Below are positions 34,342 to 47,436 of a stretch of DNA of 64,000 nt, one piece after another (position 1 is the first letter of the stretch; each line of letters begins with the position of its first letter). Origin of the DNA: Blasia pusilla (taxonomy: Eukaryota). The notes beneath the pieces are model-generated. The model was not told where the DNA came from. It ran no database searches and was given only the letters and a program-made list of their open reading frames with translations. Position numbers and translations under genes: made by a program. The stretch spans positions 1,116,001 to 1,180,000 of the forward strand of contig CM114271.1 of NCBI GenBank assembly GCA_050084515.1. Direction: 5' to 3'.

Positions 34342-34620
34342 AATAGGAGGAAGGGGGTAGGCGAATGCTTAGAGGCCAGCAAAGAAAGCAAAGAAGAAAT
34401 CGAGGGCCGCAGCGTGAAGCACACAAAGTTGTTGGAGCGCGGCAAAGACGCGAAGTGCCAACCTTCTTGTTATAGCCCCGGCGCCACGACCAAGAACTGA
34501 GAGCGGGAGCAGACTATAAAAGCGTTGCGTCGTATTCAAATGGGTATTTTCATGGACAGGATCACCACAAAAATGCGTAGCAAACCAAAGCGGGGCGTCC
34601 ATCGAGATCGACCTAGCAAC

Positions 34621-36471
34621 ATGCCTCGCAAAGACTCCACGCCCATTTTGCGAAGCGCGGCAATGCCGATGGTCAAGCTGTCACCGGAGCTGGTCGAAGC
34701 GTTGGAGGAGCGATCGTTGGCAACTTTCTTTCAAGCCAACTAGACCTTGACATCCAGAGAACTCCTCGGCGAGCTTCGCTCTTCGACTGTCGTAGCCAAG
34801 TTTCGAAGGAAGGGTCTTCGCTATCGAGCTCAGCCCCAACAATGGACGGTCGATGACTGGAGAGCAACTTATCTGCTCCCGGCTGCGCCAGAGTACGAGT
34901 ATGACACGGAGTTGCTAGTAAAGCATGAAGATCTCTTAGCACTCGGTCAGATCACGTCTCGAGCGCTGGCGAGAATGGCTACAAGGCTACTTCACTCTTC
35001 CTGCCAGTCTTTAGTCAGTTTTGCAAACATTTGATGACTCTATTTTATCCCGCTCGTTCTTACTATCTGACGAACAAGCTCGTGAAGATGTGCTACATCA
35101 TTTGGAATCAGCACCTGGAACCCGAAGCCCCCGGAGTCGTCTTCGCTTCTTTTGTGGACGGGCATGTACGAGCAATGGTGGAATTGCTTCATCCAAGCAC
35201 GAAGTCCTTCCTATCCCCTTTCTTGATCCATCTTTATATTCACAAGCAGGAATTGACAGCAGATGAGGCGCTAGATTGGTGGCAAGTTACCCCCGTCCGA
35301 CTACCACGGAAAGGAGGAACTGGTACCATGGGCAGCAGTGAAGTCACACCGCCCTCTGAAGCACCCAAGTACCATCCTCATACTTCGGCTTTAAAGAAAG
35401 ACAAAGACACCACCGAAATGCCACGACCAAAGCGTGGCCGAGTCAATTTTGAAACACCCTCGGCCCCAGAACCCGTCAATCAGGAGGACTCCGACGAGAC
35501 ACCGCGGGCAAGTGATTACCAACCTGCACTTCGTCTCATGTCCCAGACGGCAAACGATATGATGTGGTTCTTGCAAGTAGCGGTTCCAGTCATGAATCAA
35601 CTCAACATGTTCTTCACCTAGAGGATACAACGTCGGTGGACGATTATTTACAAGCCCGTGGACGATCACAAGTGTAGGGCACAAGCTTCGTCAGACAACG
35701 AAGCACAGCGATCGAGTAGCAGAAACGAATCTTCACTTACGGGATCAAGAACTCGAAGACATGAAGACCGCGCTTCGCAAAGCTCAAAGCGACTTGGTCC
35801 AGTGTCAGTACGAAGCACGGAACGCACGTCAATGGGAGATTTTGTCGATTAACCTCGAATGTGGGGCGGATCAATTAGCTTCACAAATCAAGGAAGCTTT
35901 GAACCTCATTGGCTAGTATCGGCATCAAATACGGCGTGTTCACACCGAATTCAAGAAGTTGGCCATCCAGCATGCTGAATCTTCGAAGCTACTTCAAGAA
36001 CATCAAGAAACGAACAAAGACTTAATGGCGCAGTGGTCGGAGGCTACAGGTAGAATCGCAGTGTTGGAAGCAGAGTAGAAGCTACTCCACGAAGCCCAGA
36101 TGGACCCGCAAGATGTTAAGGAGCTAGTCAACGAAGCAAGCAAGAATTTCGAAGAACAGATGAGCGAGGAAATCGACTATATCAACAAACATTGGAAGCG
36201 CCAATTCGACAATCATACCAAGTCTCTTCCAGAAGCTGTTCCCACTCTTTCACTTACTCTTGAAGAGTTACCATCATTTACTCCATCTGATGTCTTAGTC
36301 CAGAATGAAGTCCTAGGGAGTAACTTAATTGTTAACAAGTCGAGAGAGAGAATGCACAATCATACCCCTAACATTCTCAACAAACCTTCTACGATTCACG
36401 GTCGTTTTGCACCTACACCAGAGTTTGATAGCTTAGAGGATACATTTATGGACATAGGAGAGACATCATGA
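34621..36471 (+). pseudogene. Accessory ORF between integrase and 3' LTR of element D, function unknown
   Basis: Chain of ORFs (34525-34743, 34747-35034, 35031-35621, 36100-36471) joined by single stops or frameshifts. Coiled-coil-like C-terminal part. Confidence 0.65.
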
Positions 36472-36510
36472 AGTGTTCGCCGGGGCGGCTCACATTTGAG
36501 GGAGGGGGTA

Positions 36511-37692
36511 TGTGATACCCACAATTTTGTACTTCGGAAGAAATTTATCTTTTTATTGAACAAAGACTCTTGTACATTATGGTTTTGATTATTATATACT
36601 ATCATGCAGAAGAAAGAGTAAGATTCAAGTGAATCACGAAGCTCCTAGGACAAGGCAGAGAGATGGAAGATCAAGGATTTGCCTTAGAGGAGAAGCAAAT
36701 GCAGTAACGAAGTCTAAAAGACCAAAAAAAAGCTTAACGAAGCTTAACGAAGCTCAACGAAGCTCTGTACACGAAGTATTTTGCTCTTAGCAAAGCACGA
36801 AGAGCGAAGAACGAAGAACGAAGAATGAAGAGCTTTGTCCTCAAGAAATTCAGAGCAGCAAAGCTCAGTGTGCTTGTGATTCGAACCGACACATAGTTAA
36901 AACAGTTAGCCTAGGAAGAGGCGCAACCATTTGTATCAGATAGACAGTTAGGACAATTTTGTTCTCCGGATTCCTAGGGATCATTGGAAAAGGAAAGCAC
37001 ACCATAGATCTAGGTAGTTACATATATTGAAGAGACACCAACTTCATCAAGAACGTTGCGGATCTTGGAAACGCTCCTACTCCCGAGAATATTTAAGAAA
37101 TAGGACACAAGCTACAATTATCATTCGCTCATGAAGTCCTTATGCCGTAGGAATGGTCCGAGCAAGAGAGTAGTACCCTCTCGAAGCTTGTATACACTTT
37201 AAAGTCTTCCCATTCTTGATGGAATAATAAACCACTCATTCATTCATTCTGATGTGCGAGGCTTACGTTGGGATAGTCTTTTTGGGTCTGCAGAGTGAAG
37301 AGTGAAATCAGACAAACCTTTCTCATCAATGGAATAATCAACATGGAGTTGTATGAAATCTGTTTGACATAGAGTAGCCTGCCAAGAGGGATTGAGTTCC
37401 GAAAGTAGGAGAAGCCAACCTTATTGTTGAGATCTCTGTGAGGTTCCTAGATGTCAAGAGAACAATTTGCCTGAGCGTGCTTTAAATTCCATCGGAGAAA
37501 ATTGAAGAAGAAAACATAGGTACTGAGAAGGATCGGAAGATGTTACTGGAATACTGCAATTGAATTACATAATCAACCATACTACTCTTACAACATAATA
37601 ATCACTTTACCCTCTCTTTTCATCAAGCAATGATCCTCTTGGGGATCGAACTTACTAAATCGACTATAAAATAGAAACACTTGTACATTACA
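36511..37692 (+). repeat. 3' LTR of element D
   Basis: Preceded by PPT GAGGGAGGGGGTA (36498-36510). Matches the 5' LTR apart from short tandem indels. Confidence 0.95.
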
Positions 37693-37930
37693 TATATCTA
37701 CTCTTCTATTCTCACATGGTCAATTGTACATAGAATTGTCTAGAGAAGGAAAGAAAATTTCCATTTACATTACAATCAAAAGCGACACACATTCAAATAA
37801 TGATGGTAATTACACACAAAATGTAGTATATAAGGAAATTATTGAATGAAATAAATTTCATATATTTTGAAAAAACATATTTATATGACATTCACTATGG
37901 CACCCATGCATTGCACGAGCACCTTACATG
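37693..37930 (+). mobile_element. Helitron H1 3' end
   Basis: FSHGQLYIELSREG helicase tail aligns with 54470-54620. Decayed hairpin CCATGCATTGCACGAG and terminal CTTACATG|T correspond to CTTACTAG|T at 54693. Confidence 0.85.
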
Positions 37931-38069
37931 TGGTTGTTCGACATATTGTGAGCGCTATATCATAGACAAAATCTTTGCACCAAGAATGAAACTTACTATG
38001 GACAAAGAATTTGGCACATTTTTCATAACTAGTATAAGTAATAATCTTATGATATTATGCTAGGCTACA

Positions 38070-41000
38070 TCTTAGAGAAAAACTAGCAAAATGAGACGTT
38101 GGAGCATAAGTCTCTGAAAAGTGGATGTGAGAAGAGGAGCAAACGTAGGACAAGAAAGGGCTTGTAGAACAATTAGCATGTTGCGTGCAAGAGAGAAAGA
38201 CACACAGAGATTGAAGAAAAGAGGAGCATGATGGTGGGGCTACCAGTATGATCCGGGTGGAAATGTCGAAGTTGCAGGTTCATCTTGACCACAGACCTCG
38301 ATTTCTAGTGAAGAGTACTGGCAGTGCATGGTATGGGCTAATCCAATTTGCATTTGCATAGATCTCCTCTGAATTGTTTAGATGGTGAATTATTTTGGCA
38401 AATTGCGCATGTCATCCCACATGGCCACGCTTCTGAAGACCCGCTCGGCATGCAGAAATTATAATTTTGTTGGTTTTTCGAACCAGGTGTCGTACATGTG
38501 CCTACTTCCGCTCAATGTGCAGATTTCGGATTGTGGAGCCAAAAGCCGGTTACATGAAGATGATAAAAAATGGTCTCACCCTTGCTCATTTTTTACACTT
38601 CGTGTAAAAAGAAAGCTTGCAGAGATGTTATTTTCTTCTAGGTGCATATCTCTTATGAGGGCACATGGAAAAGGTTGTCGTGTCAAGGATGATCATTACT
38701 ATTTTTGTCTTCCTCAAGGAGGTCCCAAAGGGAGTCCATATTTGGGAGAGCGGAACGAATGGGGCATTTGCGAGCCAGTGATCGGATGATTCAGAGCTTT
38801 GTCTTCATACGCATTAGATTAGTCAACAGAAATGTACGATGCAAGGCAGGCACGCCATGAGGAAGGAACCAAGTGAGAAGCCAAGCAAGGCATATGGGCA
38901 GACAGGCAAGTACGCAAAACTTGACCAATGTTGGCTCCGACGCATGTTGAGGACGGGCATAATCATCGTCTTACGTCCCATTTGCAAAATGTTGTTCGTT
39001 CATTGATCTTCCATCTTCCTTTGTCGCCTTTTCTTATCTTGTACAAGGATATTGAGCCAACATGTACATGACGTTCCATTGTTGCAAGCTCTACATAGAC
39101 TTCTTGAGATGGAGGTGCGCAAAATTTCTACTGGCAGAGGTTTCGCGCTGTCGTGAATGCAAGACCCAAATGTCCCTTAGACTTTCGAGTACGTATATGA
39201 GGTTGGGTGTCTATACATGACCAATCCGATGCACACGGAAGATAAATATGTTTTCCTGCAAGATAAATATTGCACAAAACTAGGCAGATTGCAGGAAAAA
39301 TTCAACATAGTGGTCAAGATCGGGTACGAGGAACTCGTGTAGCCCTTGCAATTGAGCATTACAAACAAAATAAGGAGGAAGGAAGTTCCTCACCTCAACT
39401 GATGTGAAAAAAGATTGCAGCCGCCGCGGAGTAAGTCTCTTCAGTATGCGAACACAAGGCAGCAAAACAAGTAGAAAGAAGCGGGGCTACTCAGTCTAGT
39501 GGCCACATAAACCCACGCTGCGCCCCTAAACGGAAATATGATGAGGAAAAGTATAAGGCAAACAAACGATGCAGCTCACGCGAAGATAAGGAGGCAAGGA
39601 AACCGTATGAACAATTGAAGGAAGACAAGGAGACGAGAACACTAGAAATTCGGGAGTAAAAGAGCAGGTGGGAGTGAAAGGAGAAGGAAAAGAAAGAAAG
39701 CGGCATGGGCGTAACAACTTCGGGCACAGGACCTGAACTATAATTGAATGTGCTACAACTCTACCATGCTCGCATGAGTTTTTTGATGGTTTTGCGTCCC
39801 GCAACAAGTCCTGGTCATCCTCCTTACACAATGTTGTGAGGAGTATCAAGTACAAGCCAGAGAAAAATGACAATTGTCGTATTCTTTCGCACACGATGCA
39901 TTAAAAACCAACCACGGCCCTTCCTAAGATGCTCGACAGTGCGAAGCTGCCAGCATGAACAATCTTAGGGTTTATCCACCCTTAACATGACACGTAGGAA
40001 TAGTGTTGCACTTGATGGATCCTCTATCCAAAGCGAAACAAATAACGACGTGGAGCCACCAATGGCTAGTATTAATAATAGGCGGCGCTTGTAGAGGCCA
40101 TAATAAATCTTCTTCAATTTCTTGGAGAGTGATAAATCATTTCATGAAGAATTTAAATTATTGACTATTCTTGCAAAATTTTGATTGATAATATAATGAA
40201 TCTCCAAAAAAATTACCTGATTTTTAAATTCAATTGATAATAATCCGATTGGACGAAATTTTTGATTGAAAGATCAAACGATCCTATTGGTTGAGAGGGC
40301 CAAATGCTAATGGGAGACAAGTTTGAAAATCAAAATGGCATTCTCCAATAATAATATGGAAGAATGAAGACTTAGGAATGAGTGTCACATGTGAAAATTG
40401 TCCATGAAACCTATGTATGATGAAGGAGGTTTTCATAATTATATTAATTTATTTTCAAATATTTTATTTCTTAATTTATTTTCCATCTTTTAATTTGATT
40501 AAAATATTTAATTATCATAAATAATTTTTAAATATTTTAATTCAAAAATTTCCCCACGGGTATCTTCCAAAGTCTTCTTCATGTTTGTTTGTTTTTCCTT
40601 TTAAAACTTACAAATTTCTTTAAAATTTATGCCAAATTTTTTTAAATAATTTTCAAGTTTAGTCGGGAGGAAAAATTAATTTCTATTTAGGGAAATATTG
40701 AATTTTGATATTTAGAGAGTGTAGGGACAACAATTATGCTTCAAATTAAGGAAGGACATATTCTTTTATATTAATTTAATTTTCAAGTTGAATTAGGAGG
40801 AAATTTTAAACTCTACTATGGAAAATAAAAATTGATCAAAAGGAATGATTTTCTTTTCTTTAGTGAGAGATGGGGATTGGAAAAGGAAATCATAACTTAT
40901 TGTTTCTAAATTAAGAAAGGAAAAGACTTGAAAACAAAAATCAAAGCTAGAGATGCATCATTAAGGAAATCTATCTTCACTATGTTTTGTCCTTATTTTC

Positions 41001-41123
41001 AATTTTTAATTCTATAAATTCAACAAGTGTATAGTAACTTCAAATTACCATTTTTCAAATGTTGAGTCTTTTTCATTTCCAATCGTCTCATCCGCCACAT
41101 CACACACGCAAAAAAAATACTAG
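38070..41123 (+). mobile_element. Probable non-autonomous Helitron carrying unidentified GC-richer cargo
   Basis: Ends CATCCGCCACATCACACACGCA..TACTAG|T, a decayed form of the family 3' end. The AT-rich 40100-41100 region resembles 55300-56350 in composition. The 5' boundary is a guess. Confidence 0.45.
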
Positions 41124-43075
41124 TAAATATTTTTGATCATTTCCCATCTCTTTTAAAATTCAAATGTAACCTATTTTCTTCTTGAAAACTTTACATCCAC
41201 CAAGGAACACTTCAAGAACATAAAAGTGTTACGACTTTGCTTTATTATGTCCTATTATGTTGGATTGTGCACATAGTGTTTACAATAATAGTATAGATGT
41301 CAACAATTCTGGAATTGCAAGTACATTGTTATGCACATACCTATGTTAATCAAAGGTACAGTGTTAGTGGAGGTTGAGTATGGACTTCGTGGAGAAAGCA
41401 TGCCATGAACATTCAACCACTTAATAAATGGTTCAGGCACCTTAACATCATAATCAACGTTTATAGTTAGCGAGGTGGATTTGTAGGAAATTTTTTGGCT
41501 CCTTGGATGCTCACACAAGGGGAGAGACAGGTCTTATGATGTGCATGACTGTCTTTGCTATGGAATTACAATATACATAGGCTACTTACATAGTGTGTTT
41601 GCCAATAAAAATTTATCAAGTTTGGGGAAGGGTCTCATGATCTATAACCTCAACCAATTGATTTAGGATCTCATTCCAATTGCTATGCTCGGGTTGGGCT
41701 TGACATGTTTAAGGAAGGGAATATACACTTTATTGGCATATTGAGGCATGTCAATTTTGCACACACGCCTCACAAATCATTGAATTTTCTCTTGCATTTT
41801 CCCCAAGTTCTACTCAGAACCCAATCAATTATGTAGATATATATGTTGATATAATCAAGAGATAGGCAATGATAATTGTGGAGTGATGTAACTTTGGTGG
41901 TAACACAATTAGAAAGGATTATGTCACCATGTTCTATGACAAGGCAATGCCATTGGTTACTCCATTCGGCGAGGCAGGAATACATCTCAAGTCCCATACA
42001 CTTAAGATGGACGTATTTTTTACGATATTACATGCATAGATTTCAAGGTTTGGTTTGTAAAAAAGCATGAGAGAAAGATAGTATGGCGAAGGGATATCTG
42101 CTTTGTAGAGCAATATTCTATACAAAAGGGATATATAACTTCCATCTTTAAAGGGATGGAAGTTGGTAGCTATCCATATTCCTCGTAGTCGATAGGCCCT
42201 CCAAAGGAAGTGCAAAGTGTGATGTGAAAGGGACCCAGGGATAGTAGAGTAACATAAATTATTTACTTGGATGAGTCATAACATGCTTCAATATAATTAT
42301 TTCTTACAAAAAATATGTGTCCAAATAGCTTAATAGCCTCATAACCTATTCTCTCATCCTACTCTTTATCCCTTTCCTTTCATTTATACCCAATTGGCAT
42401 AACTTTTTCCATTTATAAGCTTGGGCTGGCACGAAGAGTGATGTCAATTCTCCGAAGCCATCAATTTGAAGTTGTTGGCAAGAGTCCTTATGGTTTATGT
42501 TTCTTTTGTATCATGCACATATTTTCTTTGTTTCAAACCCTTCATGTTGATATACTCTCTATCAATAAACAATTCTATATCAAGATTATCCCACGATTGG
42601 ATATCATATTCCTCAATACAACTTTACGCATTTTATGCATCATTCGCTTCAAGCTTATCATCATAGCTACCGACACCTTATGTCAACCCCAATATCAAAT
42701 AAGAGGACACAAAATATGCATACATATGATAAATAGCTATACTCCCTCTTAATATCTTTTCTCGCTCTATTTTTTATCCCTTTACTATTGTCAATATTAG
42801 GGTCAAACAATACCTTAAATCGTAGTTTCTTTCCTTCATATGTGTGAAGAGAAGCAACTAAGTTGATCCATGAAATCTCTCTAATCCAACTTCACAAAAT
42901 ATTCCTTAAGATAGGACACGCTAAGGAATCCCTACTTAAAGTCACTATATTTTCCGCCCATTATCTTACATCATAGACAAAGTAACAAAAGATTCAAACA
43001 TGATAGTTGGATGGCCTCATACTTTGAGGTAAAGCAAATATATGTTATTATAAGAAAGTGGATGACTTAGATCTT

Positions 43076-45340
43076 TTTCGTGCACATACACATCGCTACA
43101 CAACATGCATCGTTATTTCCAAATACAAACACAAACACACAAGATACCATACTCATTAATGGCATGTGAATATCAAGACAATCATATACCAAAACATCTC
43201 CAATACACTGCATGATCCCTTAGAAAAATAATTTTCATCCAAGTAGCCCCTAATTTTGTCCTTAGTGTTACACACAAGGTCCTCAAAGTAATTTTTACCA
43301 CCATATTTTGAATTTGCTCTCCTATTTTGAATTCAGAAACTACGGCAGCCCATCAAGAGTGACCAAAACTTTGAGCTCCCACTTTGGAAGTGCACATAAT
43401 TTCTTTGACAACGTGCATGACTTTCCTAATCTACGATGTCCTCAAATCAACTCTATCATCCAAACTTCTATTTGAAACTAATATTGACTATCGTGCAGTC
43501 CGTGACCTTAACTCTTACAAAAAAATGGTAGTGCTTCTGTGCTAATTTCTTCCAAAGAAAAGTTCAAATATGTACAAATGAAATCTAGCAAGCTAATAAT
43601 GCTCTTAAGAGCATCAATATGGAGAACTTTGCCTCCATACTCAATTTCTATCCAAAATTAGGCAATAGTTTCGCGTGCTATTCTCCAATACAAAATATTG
43701 GATCATAAATGAAAGAAAAAAATGGCTATTATTCCTATAAGCACTCCCGTGAGTCGTTGAATAAGGAATACAATCCCGACATATATATCCAATTAGATAC
43801 GAATGAGCTCTATATTGCAGAGCTCTCAATCTTTCATTCTCTCTTTATAAATCCCAAACATTCAAATCTCTCTAACCAACTCAATCGCTCTCATTTCAAA
43901 CCAAACCCACTCTCTTAATTAGAGGCTTGGTTTAATCACAAAGCAAAAATGACCATAGCTTTGCCGCCTCGTACTAAGAGGTTCAAAAAGAGAATGAGCT
44001 TTAAAGTTCTCGCTCTTTGGGTATAACCCTAACCTCTCCAAAACTGTCGCGACCCTCATGACCAAACAAGTGCCAAGCGGAACATCGGAACATTAGCGGG
44101 CTCACGCTAAGATGGTTTGAGTGTTGGAGTTGTCTCAAAGAGGAGACAAGATACGAGACGCGAACGAGGAGTCGCGTTTCAGGTGTTATGGTCGCGATTG
44201 AGAAACCTGGACCAAACGCGGAATGAGACTTGAAAGAAGTCGAGTCTAGGAAGTGGGTTGCCAAAAGGAAGATCCGGATTAGGAACGCCACTAGCGTTTG
44301 ATAGTTTCCGACTGTATTTATGGCCATAACTTTTAGCGCCAAGATGCGTTTGGAGCAAATAAGGGTGCGTTGGAAAGCTTATGGAGAGTCGGTCCAAACG
44401 CACCAAAGATCATTGCAAACGCATCAGCAGCGGCCGAGATACGACCCGAAAATGACTGTAAGTGGAGTCGGGTTGAGGGCCACAATGAAGGGCCCGACCC
44501 TCTTTTCCCAAAGGGGAGGGGTTATTGGAGAACCCCAGAAGTACTAGTAAGGGGGAAGGTCTCCGAGAGTGCTTGGAACCCAAACCCCACTTTGGGCGCC
44601 GCGGGGCGGCTCAAGGGCATGGAACGGAACGCGAGTTTGGGCGTTGGGTTGGAAAACCTGCACCAAGTCCATTGAGGCGATTTTAGACATCCCTCTTGGA
44701 TTTCACGCCACGACTCAATTACTTGGGTCTCGGTTTGGAACTCACACGAGGACCGTTGAACAGTTGGGATCGCTAGGCGTGCAAGTGCCGTTTCAGATCC
44801 CTGGACTAACCAGGAAGTCTGTTCCAAGTCTTGAAGGACTTGCCATGTTTTGGAAGCTAGGAACCGAGGAAGGTTGAGCTTGATGAGACGCCGAGTTGAG
44901 GACTCGGTGGGTTGGAACGCCGGTTGGCCCAGACCCGACTAACGAGAGTGCGTGTTTGGGTGCATATCGGCGATGAGTTCATGACCTACTGAACGCACGC
45001 TTCCGCTGCGCTAAAGATTGACGTTCAACGAGAGTAGGGGCACGACAAAAACTCTCTCCATGATAACATATGCTCGTAGGTCATCCCCTTGGCATTTGAT
45101 ATGCTATAGGGGGTCAAAGGCCAAATCTTCAAATAGAAATTCAATTATATCCTCAATATAAAATTACTAGAAATAGTAAGTTTCTCTAGAAAGCTCCAAA
45201 TTAGCCAAACCGAAGGGGAAACTTGTTCTCTCAGGTTACTCAAGGCCTCACTAGGTCATCCTTGACCTTTTGAGGCTATCCTCGAATCTCGTCAAAGGCA
45301 CTATACTAAAACTCGTCAATCTATCCTAAAATATGTGACA
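43076..45340 (-). mobile_element. Old, internally deleted derivative of family B (A + 5' internal + B), interrupted by a solo LTR
   Basis: The minus strand starts TGTCACAT at 45340 and follows repeat A. 43350-43850 matches the family B 5' UTR (16010-16510) and 43076-43204 matches segment B. Flanks TCTT/TCCT are a possible 4-bp TSD. Confidence 0.75.
44045..45047. repeat. Solo LTR (1003 bp) of an unrelated family
   Basis: TGTCG..CGACA termini, perfect 5-bp TSD AAAAC (44040-44044 and 45048-45052), and a sharp GC shift. Confidence 0.88.
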
Positions 45341-47436
45341 TCCTTCATTGGGTATTCTAATTTAAAATATTAATCCAAGATCTAAATATATTTTGGATAT
45401 TTGATTCCAAGCCAATAAATAAATAATGTGTCCTAAGAAGTAGCATGCAAATTCCTCCCCTCCCCCCACCAATCTTCATGAGATTGCCACTCCCTCTCCC
45501 CCATGACCACATATGCTGACGCTAACTTTCATGATTTTGAAGTAAGCATACTTGAAGTAAAGTGGAAGTGTAAGGCATAAGTGGAAACCTCATCTAGTTT
45601 ATATGTGATTCATCTTGACATAGAGCTATTGGATTGGCCAAAAACATTGTATCTTAAAAAGATTTGAGTGGCTCCGATCTTAGATTGCAAAGCGTTCCAA
45701 AGACATTAGGCTTACGTGATCAGGTTTTGCAATCTTGATTAGATCTTACAACACCTTTCGATTATGAAATAAATTGAGAATGTTCAAAATGCAAAAAAAT
45801 TTGTCCTAAAAAAGTCTAATATGTTTCTAAGTTATTATATGTATATAGATTTAGATATATTTATTACTTACTCTGTAGGATAATCATTTTTGTATTCTTC
45901 TAATTTATATTTTTATTAAGCGCATATTTAAAAAAATCCATAACCCTTGCTTTCTCAACTTAATTTTGGATTTTCTTCCCCTGCTTACATTCCATACAGA
46001 AAATGTATGAAACTCCTAAAGGTCGAACCTTATTGGGGATGGAAATTTTTATCCAGAAGACAGCTTCAAGATTGTATACTTAGTAAAATATACAATATTT
46101 GAAGGCACCTTTAAAATCAGTCCTATTTGCACACAAGGTTGCATACATATGTTGATCCCAATTTTGTCCATACTAGTTTCCAATCTTTCACACTATTGTG
46201 CACTAAATTCCATTACATTTCTTTGTATGGCCATTTGCACGTGAATAACAAAGAGCATATATATTGTCAAAGCTTAATGAAATATAAGCAAGGGACATGA
46301 TCAACCTCATAGCCTATGAATTAATATTCTTTGGCACTCATGAAGTTCCTTTGGTTCTGCATGAATTATGCATGATAAAATATTTTTTACTCAATTGGTT
46401 TTCTTGAATGTTGTTGGTACTTACCTATCGTATTTTGGAGAGAAATCACTTTTTGAAGTTTTTGAATAAAACTTTGTAATTATAATGCAATCTCACAAAT
46501 GATCTCCAAAAATGTAATGTAAAAGGATTGCATTACATTTATGTACATTCGTACTCCATGACAATAAGATAGAACACAACCAAAAAATAAGCAATTCATT
46601 TTTTATACTCTTCGCATATAGTGGGTCTCTAAAGGTTTGCTAGTAGGTATTTATATTTTATTGCAAGAATTTAGGAAAAGATAGGAAACTTTTAAAAGTA
46701 TAAGTTTACAAGGCTTTTTCCTTATATAATATTTCATATTTGCTATAAATTACGTGATGTTTGGTGGGTTTGAAGGTTGCAAATAAGGTTAAAGAATACT
46801 TAATATAAATAAACTTCTAACACTAAGTAGTCCCTCTTTTAAAAGCATAGGATAGTCTTCAAGTTGGATAATTAATATATAATTTTATGTTAGCAAACTC
46901 TTAGAGAAAATCCAACATATCCTTCCCCATGTCCATGCATGTTGAAAGTTATCGAAAGATTTTAAGATAATACGTAGGAAACAAAAATGATATGCTAGGA
47001 ATGTTCAAAAGATGTATACTATTTAATGTCTTTGGATGATATCCAAACTTTCTTATTCTTATGGGGGTTGGATGTGAATACGTATCATTAAGAAGAATAT
47101 ATGATTTTTTAAAGAATATTTGATTTCATTAAAAGGACCTTAAAAAGTAGAGAAGGTTAGAAATTCCACCTTGTTCTATTATAGCGAGACCCTTTTAAAG
47201 AAATTTTTCCATAAACATCATGAAATCTCTCTTATTTGAATTATTTTATAGATGAAATTATGAAATATTGCATTCATACATAACGACAAGTAACCTAGTG
47301 ACTCATTTTATTCTCTTTCCACACTCCATGTAATATAATCATCACTTTCCATATTTCATTTTTTGAAAATCAATTCACTTGTTTCGAAAGAAAAGAAATC
47401 TTACATAGTAAACTCCCCTTTCCTAACATAAGAGCA

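Larger units (their letters stand above)
27025..37692 (+). mobile_element. Young full-length Ty3/Gypsy LTR retrotransposon D (tRNA-Asp-type PBS; extra ORF after pol)
   Basis: Near-identical TG..CA LTRs and 5-bp TSD TTTAT/TATAT. It splits Helitron codons GIYL|STLLFSHGQ. Domain order gag-PR-RT-RH-INT. Confidence 0.95.

Noticed and set aside
38100-39950. Possible host gene (ORFs 38382-38789 and 39177-39894)
   Set aside because: No recognisable domain or consistent exon chain. Treated as unidentified cargo.
41150-42800. Possible decayed minus-strand retroelement pol
   Set aside because: Only vague hints such as VPEPFIKW. No motif chain or termini could be established.
45341-47436. AT-rich interval
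   Set aside because: No ORF, termini or repeat that I could support.
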